Below, piece after piece: positions 27,801 through 41,833 of a stretch of 64,000 bases of DNA (its first letter is position 1; the number at the start of each line of letters is the position of its first letter). Origin of the DNA: Balanoglossus misakiensis (lineage: Eukaryota; Animalia; Hemichordata); assembly GCA_040954595.2 (NCBI GenBank), contig CM082591.2, positions 795,882 to 859,881 on the forward strand, given 5' to 3'. A program made the position numbers and the translations under genes. The notes under the pieces are model-generated. The model was not told the DNA's origin. It did no database searches and saw only the letters and a list, made by a program, of their open reading frames with translations.

Positions 27801-30800
27801 TTGTACACTATCACTGACGTCACCAGCAGTGTCAAAAGAACTCTCCAATCCTCAGAACATATTGTGAAGTGTGATTTGTAGTAACTTAGGGAGACACGGT
27901 CTAACATACACTGGGTATTTAGATCAATGCCCTTTAGGAATTTAACTTCCTGTTATTCCAACTGCCAAAACCAGCAAAGTCTGAAAGAAAATTGAGAAGG
28001 AGAATACCTTCACATGTATTTATGACAATATTTGTCATGTAAATGTTTTATTTAATTTAAAAAATGAGAGGGTCAGATTTCCTTAGAAACGGTGCTTTTG
28101 CTATAAAGGTTGGGTAACATTGATATAAGTAATTTGGGAACCCTTGTTAGTTGTAGTATACCACTGCAAAATGAACCCATGCAGGGCCGGCCAGGTAAAA
28201 TGACTAGGGAACCCAGGTAACATTAACCAGGCCATACTGCCCTCAGCAAAACCATTGTCGTTAAAGTATGAGTGGCTTTGTCAGGATTTAGAAAATGGTG
28301 GGTTTTGAGGCAGCGTAATTACGTCAACGTGGGCATGCATGAAACGCATGTAGCGCGATACATGTGTTTAATGCATGTTTCAATGAATGAACTGGACTCT
28401 GGAATCCTGAAGCTAGACTGCTTATTTGCATATAATATACAACGGAACATGGGGTGACACTGTAATTTGGATCTCGTATGTGTTGGAGGTGTGTCTAACT
28501 GTATCTCTGCAGTTATAATTTATGGTTTGGCCTTGATACTTGATGGGCTAGATGATACACATTTTTTTTCAAAGAAGCAGTCAGTGTCAATTAAGGAGAC
28601 ACCGCTGCCACATCCCGATAGGAAAGAACTTCTCAAGTTCACATTTTATTGCCAGCTGAATCAACTTCACAAAAGTTTACCTGCGGTGCCTGAACTCTGA
28701 ATGACCCTGGCATGTCCTTGGTTGGGTCAAAGTTATTTGCTGAACTGTCTAAAATCTCATGAATGCAAGTGTGCTTAGTGAGGAACAAAATGTACTGGTT
28801 TAATTAAAGGCTTCTCTCGGATGGGAAAACATATAAATCACTTCAAATTGGCTTTGTGGTCAAGAAGACCTGTTTCTTAACTTCCTAGGTTGTGAGAACA
28901 GAAATGAAAAAGTTTTTCTTGCTGATGAGTACATCTCAAGTGATTTCATGATGGTGTGCGCCCTCTCTGTGTACAGAACAGATGCAAATTGTTTACATGC
29001 AAATTTACATCTATGTATGCGCACGTACTCGTACCATGACCTAGGTCACTCCAACTCGGGTATCAATTCCTCTCATAAGACAGTATTTTATAGTGTTCAG
29101 TTCTGATACTAACATGTACATGTACATGTATGTGTATGTGTATGCAATGTACTATGCATGTAAGATTTCACATAACTTTATTTTTTTCAGACAATCGGGA
29201 AGAACTTCAAACAATTTCCTCAATGACAAACACAAATTTATGTACACCAGATAATAAAGGCTTCAAAGAAGTGACCTCCTTTGCAACCAGTTTGACTGTT
29301 CCCAATCAAACAAGTTGATTAATGACCTGGTTCAATGAAAGTAGCCTTCACCTACATGTGTTGTCAGAATGGATTTGTCCTTGTGTCTGGAAATACTTCA
29401 AGGGAAATAGACGTAGTCTATCGCGCTCTTCCATACCCCTTTAGCTAATGGTGTATATGCCCCCCACCTCCATGATATTCTTTGAAGGTTTACACATATC
29501 CAAGTAGGTGATGAATAATTCATAAGAGTTCACATAGCCCCATTTACTAACGTGTTATAGGGTAAAATTGCATTTCTGCCATCTTGAAAATCACAAAGGA
29601 TTGTGGGATATTGTAGCTTCTGTGCTGACTGGTGTACCTTGAGTGACAGAAGAAAATAAAATGTGGAATCAAATCAAATTCTTACATCTGTATTTGTTCA
29701 TAAATGCAAACTTAATGATTTACAAGAACCAAATTACTGAAAATAAAACTATAAAAGGAACAAAATGCATATACTGTCTTTTGTAAGGAACATGAAAAAA
29801 TACCTGTAAAGAAAAAGCTTATTCAGTCTAACAGCTACCATGGCAACCAGCGACTGAGTCAGCAAAGAATAATCCAAGTATACAAATTCTAAAAGCTATC
29901 TTTCTCTGATGTGTCAATAACAGACTGTCTTTGTTTGAAGAAACCCACGGAAAGTCAAAATTCTATGGCAAAGCTTTTAAAAACTGAGAATTCATTACAA
30001 TTAACATGGTTGAGAATATAATGGTGAGGAGTGAGTGTTTTCAATCAAGGAGTGGCTTCAATTGGCGAAAAACAAACACTGACTTCCCCGCACATCGCCC
30101 GTCGTGATGGAAACCACTTTGTTGTAGGCAGCTGATTAAAAATGGCTACCATGACCTCCAGACAATAGTTCAACTGTACAAAGCCCACAAGTGCATTCAA
30201 GGACACTTTTGGGTCAATATGAATATCCGCAGCGCACGGACTGACCCGGTTCCCATCATGCACATGTAGTAGTGTCCACAGACCCCATTGTCATAGTGTG
30301 GGCTGACCTATTTGATAAGTACCACAGAGGAGTTAGACATGACCAGCTGGTGTTGGGTTCAGTACATTGAACAAATTCTGCCACGTCATATCATGGTGCT
30401 ATTGTTCGACGCTTAAAGCTCTTTCGATGGCTACTCAAATACCCTGTCCTTTTACATGTACATGTATCTAACCAATGGTCAAATTCTGCTGGACAGGTTA
30501 AACACAGTGGCCTAATTTCACCACCCAAGGCTATTGGCTCTGTCCTCTGCTTGAGGGGTGGGGAAGGGGGTTATTGGTGCATAATAGGGTCAGACCAATG
30601 GTGAGGTCAACCAAAAAATATGGTCAAAGACTCAAAGGGCATATCTCAGTCTTTGAATGCACATGATTGTGCATGTCACCCAGTGAAAATCAGTGATTGG
30701 CTATTTCATTATCCATGGTAACAGTGGTTGCATTTGCATTTAATTAGGTCACTGTGTACCTTTAATTTTTCTAGAAAATGCCAGAGGGTTACCCATTCAC

Positions 30801-33800
30801 TGTAAAATCCATACATGCACATATCTAAGTTCTAACTAATGGTGGTGTCTGATGTATTAACAATGCACTGACGTAGATGACAGACACTGAACACAGTCAA
30901 TATGTTTCCCTGCCACTACATTATTTACAGCTGTTCATGAGAGAAATATGCATGCTTCACGACTTTCAGACACCAAATCAATAACTCAAACTTGCAAAAG
31001 TATATCAACGGATTTATTGTCAGAGTTTGGGTTGATAAATGAAACTTTCTCAGCAGTCGATGTTGTTCTCTCCAAATGACAAATATTCTTTTTGTGATAA
31101 ACAGGGTAAGTGATGTGAACAGCACTGAGCATCATCTGCTCCAGTTGGCACTCTTCCCACTTGATTGTTTTCAACAAAAGTACAAAAAACAAAATGTGTA
31201 TGTTCTTGTGGTTTGTGTGTTACTGAACAATGCTTTATTTCTGACAAATAACTGTACAGTGAGCAGAGCAACATAAATAATGTATAAAGAGAAACAAACC
31301 CAAAATTATATGTGAAAAGTGAGTGACTTGCCCCTTTAACATAAAATACAGACTCTTTACTGATTTTTACTGATTTTAAGGATGGTTTTTGACAGGCCCA
31401 GTCGGAAAGGTGGTAGTAACTCTTGATAAATGTTTAATTTGCATATACCTTGAGGTGACAGGCTTTAATCGATGTCAGAAAGGTCTGTACATTGACAGTG
31501 GATGGCTATATTTCACTCAAACTAATGATTTTGAAATTCATTTCATGGCTATTCTCTCCTTGAACTGAATGATTTGAATTTTAGATGAAGCAAAAATTGT
31601 AATCGTACCACCTGTGCCAAGGTTGTCCCTGATTATACCTTTTTCCCTCGTTTCTCATTCTCAGGTCCAGGAAATATATACATGTACCTGGCTCACTCTT
31701 TAAGGGGCTACCATCATCTTAAGCCCATCACTCCCTCCATCTCCCTCCCATCACCTCTCCCTGCCCCTCCCTCTCATACTCTGTCGCCACACACACACAT
31801 ATACACACATTCAAAAAGGCAAATGCATTTTATACATGATTCTTTCTAATCAAGTCATTTACTGAATGATAAAGGGGATACAATAAAAGCGAGGAAATCA
31901 GTGGTTGTTTTGTTTCCTCTTATATTACATACTAGGAGTGTACGAAAAAAGAGCAATTTCACCATGCTACATGTACAACGACAGAGCTGGGTGCCACCTC
32001 AGGACAACCCCTTATGGTTGTATTGATAGCAAAGGAAAAACAGAACACTCCCTGTTTTTCCCTTTGTTCAGCTTGTTTTCGTACGACGAAGCTAAAAAAT
32101 AAAATACCACGCGCCACATGGTGTGTGTGCTCGCTAAAATTACAAATAAGACATGTATACTTTTGTTTTTCTTCCGAAAATGAACTTACTCCAGCCAGAA
32201 TCAGCTTAGAGCAGAAACAAGTCAAATTTTTCCAGGCCATAAATTCTCCGTGCAGTTTGACCTTCAGATTTCACACTAGAATCATTTACATACAAGTTGC
32301 TTCCTGACCTTTTCATCGTTTGATATGCCCGATCTGAGACTCACAGACTCATGTTTTAATAGCTCAACTATTCGGCCAATAACATTCAACCATTACTGTG
32401 CAACTGACATCTCTTCTGAACAGTAATCAATTTCTGTAGCTGACCCTGAAGTGCTCTGATCCCAACATGAACTGGAGGCCCACTGTGGCTCATAATCTAA
32501 TAACACAAAAACTTCAACCCACTTTTTTTTCTGCAAATGAAATCTGATCTATAAAGAATATCATCTTGTGGACATCCACAATTTTTGCTGTAGAGCTGTA
32601 CACAATTATGAGAAAAGACAAGACAAACAAAAAAATTATGCATGTATATTTACTAACCCCCTTTCCAACCCTAGCCAGTATGGAACACTGCAAGGACACT
32701 CCTCTGTTTAAAGCAAATTTTCTTTTCTTCTTTTATAAGTTTTAAAATATAGCGAGTAAAAATCACATAGTCACAAATTCTAAATTATTTTGGCATGTAC
32801 GCACCGCTCAAAAAAACAACTGCTCGACTGAATCTCAGGGTTACTGTGGCAGACATTATATTTATGTGAACTAATTCTGACAAAAAGAGGCATTCTGGCT
32901 TCAGAATATCTACATTTATGAACTCTAATGCATACGTCCTTTTAATTCTAAGCCTAGTAAATTGGTGCTCGGAATAATTTCCTTTTGCAGACAATATGGC
33001 AATATCATATAGTCAGTACGAGTTGTTGACTGTTTCATTCGACCCACATTGAAATAACCATTTACTGAAATACCCTGCTCCCAACCGAGTTCACAGTACT
33101 CTTAAAATTCTTCTCTTACGGATGGCCTCAAGTTGACCCCGGACACACACCCTGTAAAAAGCCCTCCAAATGATTACATCAGATTCAACTCTTCCCAAAA
33201 ATAGAGTCTGTGGCCTTCAATAAAATGTTGTTCAACCAAAATGCCATTTTGATCTATTCCATGATGAATAGACTGTTTTATTTTTGGCTGTTTTCAAAGA
33301 CATCTTTTAGCACGTATATAAAAAGCAACCATGTCATTGTCACAAAAGTAAAACAAGACCACATCAAATTTGTAAGAAATTATTTAAAAAAATGCTATGG
33401 CTGATTACTACAGGTAGTCCATTCTAAATGGAATATATTTATACAGATTCATTGGAAACTTGAATGTCGAAAACATGGTGTGGTGTGTGGTTGTGTGTTG
33501 TGTGGTCATGAAGAACAGTATATGGTAGATCACACATGTATGTATTTTGTCGATTTTGTAATAAATCGGCTGCAATGGGTGCACTGCAATAATGACACAC
33601 TGTTTTAGCCAACAATAAGAATAGCTGATTTTATTTTCCTAATTTGGGAATTGTTTTCATGCCCTCAAAATCATCTCGGCGAGTGACCTTCACCTCCAGA
33701 AATAATTAACCCGGTGACGCATGATTTAGGCCGGGATTTTTCCGGCTGCCGTCTTCGACTTGTTTATCCAACCGGCTGACGCAGGTCCCTTTCGGGAACT

Positions 33801-34615
33801 GAGCGAATTTCAAAAATTGATGACTTCCGCATAACTCAAGTCTGTCTACTACGCCAGCGCTTGTTGACAATGAAGCTGAAATCCGCGAGAAAATTACTAA
33901 ATTTACGAATTAAAAGTCCTATTTTTAGGCAAAGTTATTTTTTCACTGCATTGGCTACGTGGGTGACAGCGTGTATAGCATGTGCGGCTTTGGGGAGACA
34001 TAGACACGTCTGAAAATATTCGCTACAGCTGTCGAATTTCGTTGTCCATTTCCATTGGCGGAACTTGCACGCACCCTTGTCAATTTCAGGGCGGTATGTT
34101 AATTTCACAACCTGGACTTTTGAAAAGAAATGTGTACGTCCGTAAGATCACGACAACACTGCATTATTCATCAGCAAGGCGCTATTGTACGTGTCAGACG
34201 GTATGCGGCGCTCTCGCCTCGCGGTAGTGACGCACGCATTCCCCGAAAACACGTCGGTCTTCAAAAAATAATGAAAACACAGAACAAAGACAAAGAAAAA
34301 AGACAGGTGGTATAAATAACTTGTTTGTGGCATCGCCGTTATATTAAAATTAGCCAAGTTCACGACCATGGAGCCAGCGACCTGGTTTACCCTTGTCAAG
34401 GTCACCACCGACAAAACAGATTTATAAATTGAACTGGTTTCTCGCATTACATGAACGAAGGAATGAACTACTGGTTGGTTTTTGGTTTAATACTCACCGA
34501 TTCTGTTGCTTGGTTGTGACTTGCAAGTTAGGACGGGTTTTATGTCTGGAGAATTAAGCATATGGACGTCCATGGCTCCGCTAGCGGAGGGAAATTCGTG
34601 CTGAATATCGTTCAT
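17804..34615 (-). CDS. Nuclear hormone receptor, NR1 subfamily (ROR/HR3-, Rev-erb/E75-, E78-related; possibly NR1CDEF-like)
   Basis: Exons on the - strand: 34615-34498 (A/B domain, phase 1); 21098-21016 ([22 protein letters not shown]); 20767-20626 (GFFRRC...CIRGGQC...[17 protein letters not shown]); 20314-20103 (AVRIGRIP T-box and hinge); unresolved small exon(s) near 19440-19498; 19331-19227 (helix 3, FCKRVPG); 18802-18536 ([14 protein letters not shown]...[10 protein letters not shown]); 18174-17804 (DRPGL...[14 protein letters not shown]...PPLYKEVF). Confidence 0.9.
19510..19978 (+). repeat. Intronic segment duplicated at 1073-1552
   Basis: Direct sequence match. Confidence 0.9.
19539..19631. 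mobile_element. ~90-bp MITE copy
   Basis: TTAACCCTTTCACC...GGAGAAAGGGGTAA. Confidence 0.65.
20626..20767 (-). CDS. Nuclear receptor zinc finger 2 exon
   Basis: [47 protein letters not shown], bounded by aag| and |gtatgt. Confidence 0.92.
21016..21098 (-). CDS. Nuclear receptor zinc finger 1 exon (P-box CEGCKG)
   Basis: ttccag|AT TTT CCC...TGT GAA GGG TGT AAG|gtaagt; too short to appear in the ORF track. Confidence 0.92.
23594..23694. mobile_element. ~90-bp MITE copy
   Basis: TTAACCCTTTCACC...caatggattt...ccaaaccatggtggtgaaag. Confidence 0.65.
24050..25445. repeat. Nested intronic duplications or repeat fragments
   Basis: ~24050-24480 matches ~25078-25445 (one internal deletion); ~24680-24802 matches ~24895-25022. 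Confidence 0.85.
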
Positions 34616-34699
34616 CGGACTTAAAACTCGAGATATGCCACAGAGTATGGTTGGGTCCAGTCTGGTGCTTGTCCTCTCTGTTCTACTGTGTGAGTTCAA

Positions 34700-35350
34700 C
34701 TTTCTGTCGAAATATTTTTAACAGAAATTGATGCAGGTGTCTAAATTCTCGACTTAATGACACGTTCGCTGTCCTTAGCTACAGTAACTGAGTGTCCGTG
34801 TACCATATACAGTCCACAAAATTACAAAAAATCGTCGTAATATGGCAAAAGAAGTTTTCAGTCTATCCCACAGTCACTCGGTTGTTCTTCGCTCAGATGA
34901 AATAATCGACCTCACCAATGTTGACCTAGATAACTACCAATGACCAGCTTTTCTCATAAGGTCAATCACCCTTAATCACGTGATATTTATCACATACACG
35001 AAATTTAAAATTTTAAGCTGATACTGAGCAAATTAGGTGAGATAAATTAGTGAAATAATACAGATTTTTCTCTCAGAAATCGCACCGACCGGACGTAATT
35101 TTTACATCAATTGAGATTAGCAGAATTTCACACTCAAATTAAGAAGTCCTGCCTCACCCACGAATTAAGTGAACTCGCCCATAGACTAGACGCAGTACGT
35201 ACGCATGATCCGAGCGACTGATGTTCATTGCAAGTGGTACATTGCACCTCTCTAACAAACAAATTACGTCATGCGAGTTGTTTACAAAACCCAGTTAACA
35301 AGGCTTAGAGACCATTTACGTAGATCAGGTCGTGACGAGATCGAAACAAC
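34700..35350 (-). promoter_or_regulatory. Putative promoter region of the nuclear receptor gene
   Basis: CpG-richer region upstream of the exon ending at the strong donor G|gtgagt (34498). It holds an E-box CACGTG (~34977), AGGTCA half-sites (~34922, ~34959) and TTACGTCA (~35264). Confidence 0.4.
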
Positions 35351-38293
35351 ATATTGTGTAATGTCAGTATATAATATTGGGCAGACGATGACCCCATTCT
35401 CAGATTGTATTAAAAACAAAATTCCCTCAAACTATTAAAACCAAAGAAAAAAGTTAAGGGTAGGTAGCACACATAAAAAAAGAAACGGCTTATATTAAAG
35501 TCTTTAGGCCCATCTGGTCGAGAAAGGATGCGTATGTAACCACTATCTATTGTTAATATCAATTCAGAATGGGCTTGAAATTTTTTTCTCAGAATAATCA
35601 AAATATTAATCATTTTCTGCACATAGGCTTAATATAAGCTTATGTGAGCTAGAGATACAGAGAGAGGCAGACAGATAGATTCAGGGCCAGAGAGACAGAC
35701 AGAGACAGTATATTATAAGCTTCAATGCAGGTGAACGATATTTATAATCTTTGCTTTGAAGCGGCTTACACTTTTTAAGACATTGATGTCGTAGTCATAG
35801 TAACCATTGTCACTTTTAAGATGCACCGATGATGGCGATGTTTGTGTTAGCTTTGATGACTAACAGCGTTAGTGAAAATGAGAACGACCTTTAAAAAGAA
35901 AATTACTGTGACAGACGGTAATTCATTTGATCACTTACCTATTTTCTGACTTGCTGTTTACTATATGCGAGGTGACTATACCTACGCATCATGGATCCGA
36001 GTCGACGGTTCACATTTAGGCTTTGGGATATATTTAGGTCATTATCTTTTTGGCTTTTTTGTGCTGGCAGTTTTGCAAATGAAACTTTATACTGTAATGT
36101 TATTAAAATTGGCCTAATGTTAGAATGTTATTGAAAGAGAAAATGATAGTTTCAATCACCTTGATCTACTTACCTATGATAAATAATCAGAATCCCGAAA
36201 AAAAATTATCAAAACCTGTACCAGAAAGATTGCAAGTGTTCGTATTACAAAAATAATAATTTTAATAGATTTTTGTTATTGAAATATGGGCGTGATTTTG
36301 TTTGCAATAGGATTGGATGTGGTGACGAATAACGTCTAACCACGGTGACACACCCCTGTGAATTAAACAACGCATCGATCCAACATTTGGCGTGATCGAA
36401 CAGTAACGTCATTATATCGATTTATTCAACTTATCTCAGTGACCCTACCACAGTCATACCACTGGAGCCGACCTAACCCGATTCACTCGTTTGTCTCGTG
36501 TACGAGGTTATTGTCACCAATAACCTGTGAATGACCAGGTGAACGACCTTTATGGTCAATTTAGACATTCTGCATTAAAGTAAAAGGCCTCGTCCCCGTT
36601 TTATGGGGAAATGCGCCACCTATACCCAAGGCCTACCAGTTGCAATCTAACGTAAGTGGCGCTGGTACAGCCAATATCGACAGCTGATCATGACGTATTT
36701 ACAATTATTTATTTCGCCAGACTGAAAAAAATCGATACAATCTATTCAAAACCACATAGAGAATAAATACAACCTAAAATTCAATATATAACGGAAATGA
36801 GACATCCTTAACAATATTATGAAGACTATCCCGTATTTTGCTAGAAAAACAACTGCTTGTGGGAGAGTATATTAGACAAAGTTATTGAACAAATGTACCA
36901 CACACTTGTGCTTTGATTTTATGAAGACTAAAATTGAACCAATACCTTAGTTCACATCCATGTGAATCAGGTTTCACAGTCAAAATAGACGTCACATTGG
37001 CATTTCGATGCTCTTGTAAGCAATTGTATTTTTTTTTCGATCTGGGAGATTCGCCACGTAATTCGTAATTGTACTGAAAAGTATCTTAATATTTGCTTCA
37101 ATTCAGAATAGCACGTCCGCCCTCATCGGATGCATGCTCATTCCTTTTGAATCTGGACAAGCAGAAGAAAGGGTACATGTACTTCAAACCTTAAGCAGCA
37201 ACGCGTTCATTTTTGTATCCACGTTCCAGAAAAGTCCCAGAAAAAAAAGCGATACATTTTATTCACAATAGCCAATGCGACACACTGTTAGAGAGAGAGA
37301 CAGAGACAAGTTCTCAGATTTCATAAATGTGTACGCACAATGGAAACGTGATATACAATATCATGTTTTCAAAATACGCCACTTTGCACCTAGATACTTT
37401 GGCTAAACATTAAAGTTTGAAGGACAGCGTCTTACTTCGTGGAACTTTATCAGGCTGCGCCAAATTTCACACTTTCTCCAGGTGTTTCATATTTCAGGTA
37501 GTGTGCCATACAATGATGAATATTGAATGGCGACGATGGACTGTTGCTATGGAAACATGACGAAGATCAAACTTAGCCGGAAGATAGAATTATCAGTGAG
37601 GCAATGTCACATGCATGCATGGGTGTAAAATCAATCATTGACGTTAATACTGTTTATTATTTATTTATTTTGTATTTGCCATTTTCTTTGTACATTGTGT
37701 CTATTTAGCCAATAGTACTTGAATGAAACGCGTACATATAGGAAATAAATCTTCGGTTTTCCCAGTGTGTTATCCATGTTCACACAAATGTATTTTTGAT
37801 ATCTACTTTGATTAGCATACTCGGTAATTTATGTTATTGTTACTTGTGATAACTGAATAAATAAATACGGAGCCCACACCTCATGTAAAGTTGAAGATCG
37901 AGATTCTATTACATTCGTAATTTCCTTGAATGTGTTAAAATAACAGTTGAATCCAACGTTCACGTTTCATTTCGAATATCCGTGATGTGTGATGTTAAGG
38001 AAAACTTGGTGTAAATCTTCACCATTTGGCTTGCATAAACACAGGGGAAGAAATTACGGAAAATGCCCACCATTATATGTTTAATTGCATTTCTACAGAG
38101 TGAAAACCACGCATGTATGAACTCAGTTCGATATAAATCCTTAGTCAGGCGTCCTTAGTTTATTTAACGTAATCACTGACCGATTTTAATGAGTATCGCA
38201 TCAAAATCATTCCTTACAATAAAGTATAAAGACACATTACATCTGCAAAAGGGACTAGAAACGCCCCCGCACGTGCGCAAAGTGTCCGTGTCA

Positions 38294-39059
38294 TTAGTGG
38301 TGAAAGTAGTCCCGGATCCGGTTCAATAAATGAGAAACAGAATTGGTCAGACTATGCACTCTGCTTCCCTCTCTCTCGTCGTCTATCTCAACTGTTGGTG
38401 GCATGTTCACATCCGAGCCCATATCTTCGATTTCATCTGCCGGTAAGGAAAGCAAAAAGAAAAAACACAGAAATTTAATTCAATACTAGGAATGATTGGA
38501 AACAATGAACATCCACCGGAAGTTGTGCAATGCGTACGTATCACTCCATAATTGAAACGTTCACAATGTGAATAAAATAGTACCCTTTCCTGCTTCTATA
38601 CAATTCCAATAACTTCAGATTTTCGAAGTACAATGTACAAATAGGCCTATATACTTTAGAAAAACCCATAAAACCCATATGACGATCGCTTTGCACGGGA
38701 AAAACGATGAACTATATTTTCCATCTGTCATAATAGTAGCATATGTTTGACCAAAACTTACTGATCATTTGCTGGCGGTCGTGGATGAAATCAACTCGTC
38801 TCGGTTTGTTGATAGAGTGTAGTGTGTTGAATTCGGCGACTGTAAGCGTGTTCTGTCGACGCTTGCCGAACCTCAGTAGTGCTGACGGCATCGTCTTAGG
38901 TCTGCTTTCAATGACGGCTCTGGCCTGCCCCAGTCTTCGCTTGGGACAGCTTGAGCCTTGCCTTCGCATACACCGCTGTGACACATTCGATTCAGCCTCG
39001 TGGATGATGAGTGCTGAAACTACCACGACAGTAAGAATAACGGATTTGATTGCATACAT
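38294..39059 (-). CDS. Secreted neuropeptide-like precursor A (146 aa), predicted RFamide
   Basis: Exons 39059-38762 and 38436-38294 (phase-1 intron, A|gtaagt ... ccggcag|). Signal peptide MYAIKSVILTVVVVSALIIHEAES, then C-x7-C, KRR, LGQARAVIESRPKTMPSALLRF-GKRR and an acidic tail (EIEDMGSDV...EIDDERE). Likely non-coding exon 1 at ~39549-39655, with TATA at ~39685. Confidence 0.8.
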
Positions 39060-41448
39060 GATGACGTCACAGGACTCTGCAATGAAGAAAGAACAAAGAC
39101 ATCATTTTCAACCACTCGATACATTTGATGTGACATGATTGGAACTTTTGGTGACATTATTGCAATATACTCCTTGTGTGACTCCAGCACAGTTTTCTTT
39201 TTCTATCTAGAATACCCAAATTCTGTCTTGTCAACACAGCCATTTTGTGTACCACACCCATTTATTGTGAACAGCATCTTCATGAGCTTCCCTATCAACA
39301 AAAATAACAGGACTGGATATAGTGAAAATGCTGACACTAAAAATAACAGCCATTTTTAACATGCTTCTTGAAGTACATATGTACAACAAGAAACTGCACA
39401 GAACAAAATATATATATATAACGGCACTGTGTCTTTAAACGTTAGAAGTGTCTCCACATCAATATTTTAAGATATGCACGACGCAGCTACTGTTTCCAGG
39501 AAAGATTATGAGTTAAAGCGATCAATTTAGTGAAGATTAGCGAATTACAGTTATTGTGCCCTGAACGATTTGTCGGTGCTATTTGTCAATCGGAAGAAAT
39601 GAAAAGACCACCTTTTTCAAGAAACACGATCCGCAGAAGTTTGACGTGGACACCAGATTTCGGAAACCCACGACATGCAAATATTTATAAGACACCAGCG
39701 GCTCCAGTTAATCGTTTTTCTATCGGTATAACTCCTAAATCTCGGAACATCGTTAAGTGTCAAGTTTCATGGGGTAATGTGCAGTGGCGGTAATAGGAAA
39801 CGTAAAATCTGTTATTACCACCCCTGGCAATCAAAGCGGGGAATTGTGTGTTTTTTATTCATTTAACACAAATAAAAATTTAACACTTGCATTGAAGACT
39901 ATAAAAAGGGACACTCAGCGTATCCATCATATAGATGATGGTGACCATGAAACAAGGTGCAAACGATCGATCGACCAGAAGTCGTGGATGAATTTGTTGT
40001 AAGTTCGTTTTTTCATATTTTAGTTCTCTCCGGTTTGCTTGAAATTCTGAGAAACTGTCAGGAAAGGGGTACTTGGTTTAGTTAGATGGGGACTCGCGGT
40101 TTCGACTTCGGAATTCGCACATCACACGTTTTCATGCTTTCTTGAACTTGCTTGAATGTTGGATACAATTACTAGCTTGGATGGCTGGATTGGTGTTCGT
40201 GAGATGTACGGGTAAGCTGGTCTAAAAACGATAGTTCAGTCGAGCATACTTGTCAGGGCTTTCACGGGAACTTCATGTTCGTACTGGCAAAACTAGACTT
40301 TATAATTGGTATTAACAAACATGTTCACATAATCGTGTGTTTCTCTACGTCACCTCAGCAAAAAGTGAAGATACTCAGTATTATAGAGCTTGGCAATAGT
40401 GGGCTATTTGTATTGTTGAGTCTGAGCTAAAAACTATAAATTAAATGTTCTTTGTTAAAACTGGTCTAAACGTTAACTCGAAAAACAACGGTCTGAAAAT
40501 CAAGAAACCCTCTGAAAAAAACGAGAGGTTTTCGGTGACCTTTTCGGTACCATTGGAAAACCAACTTCACTCTGGGAATAGTCTGTCACTAAACTCTCGA
40601 CAACTCTTTTTTTAATATTTTCGTGGTGTATGTATGTAGGCCTATGTGTGTGAGTGACCGTGTGTGTGTGTCAACATGTCTTGTCGACGTCGAAACACCT
40701 TAATACTGAGCTTGTCATTTTTATTTGTGACAAAAAACAAGTACCAGCTGTCAGAGTGTCACCAGTACAGCTGTCAAACCACAACTATAGCTGCAGTGCA
40801 TTTTGTTTCATGTCACTGTTATATAGTAACTCTTCAAGTTGAACATTTGTGGGTATCAAGTTGGACGACAGGATACGTTCACTATTTTACGGAAAATTCT
40901 GCCCACATGGAAGAAAGACACTGATAATTCTGTCTGCACACTTCATGGCAATGTACGGTTACCTTTTTAACCTTTCAAAGGCGGGCGTGCAAAGCAATCT
41001 TATCGATGGCATTTTCAAATGTTGTATACGGTCAATCTCAGTCTCTCTCTCTCTCTCTCTCTGAACAATGTATCTGGATTGGGGACAATTCTACGTTAAA
41101 CTTTGTTCTCGCTGTAAGAGCTAATGGACGAAAACTAAGTGAATCAGTTGTGGTTGGTTGTGGCGAACGATGATATACACTGCTGATCAGTCTGAGTCTT
41201 GGTTAGTTCCAGAAAGGCATACAACTAAAGAACCAATCATTACTTGTACATAACCTTCTCTAAAGATACGGTTGGACCTTTTTGGGAGACATGACTTACA
41301 AACCAAAAGCAAAAGTTGTGTGGAACAGTCTGGATCAAATCATGCTGAAAAATATTAAAACGAGGACACTGCAACATGTGTTAAGAAAACCCTGGTGGTT
41401 ATACAATGCCAGACTAAGAAACGACTCGCCCAGAAAATGCAAACATAC

Positions 41449-41833
41449 ATGAAAATACCAACGAGCCCCATGAGATCCTGTGCAACACGGAAGAGGATAC
41501 ACATATCCGGGGCTGGGGATATCTTTCTTGGGATTATCCCTGTGATCTTTCAGTCAGAATGAATAATCAATAAACTGGGAGCGTACGTGGAACTAAACAC
41601 GAGTGTGTTTTGCCCGAAGCCAGGTTTTGTATGCTTGGGTATTGCATGATCGTGACGCTCTTGGCAACATGTGCAGAACCTGGCGAAGTGAAGACATAGA
41701 GGGATTGTTCTGCAAGAAATGTGGTGATGCAAAGCGGATATTCATATAGTACATCGCCATGGCAGCTGAGAGCATCAACGCCTAAGCAACTGGGCATTAT
41801 GAATAAGAGAAAATGATTACTTCTTTCTTTGTC
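41449..41833 (-). pseudogene. Possible degenerate member of the peptide-precursor cluster
   Basis: Exon-like segment (acceptor caatcag| ~41833, donor |gtatgt ~41448). Hydrophobic LMLSAAMAMYY lies in one frame and Cys-rich SCRTIPLCLHFARFCTCC...PGFGQ in another. Confidence 0.2.

Noticed and set aside
21100-34497. Many 60-130 aa ORFs in the 13.4-kb first intron of the nuclear receptor
   Set aside because: No domains or convincing splice-phase support; alternative first exons cannot be excluded.
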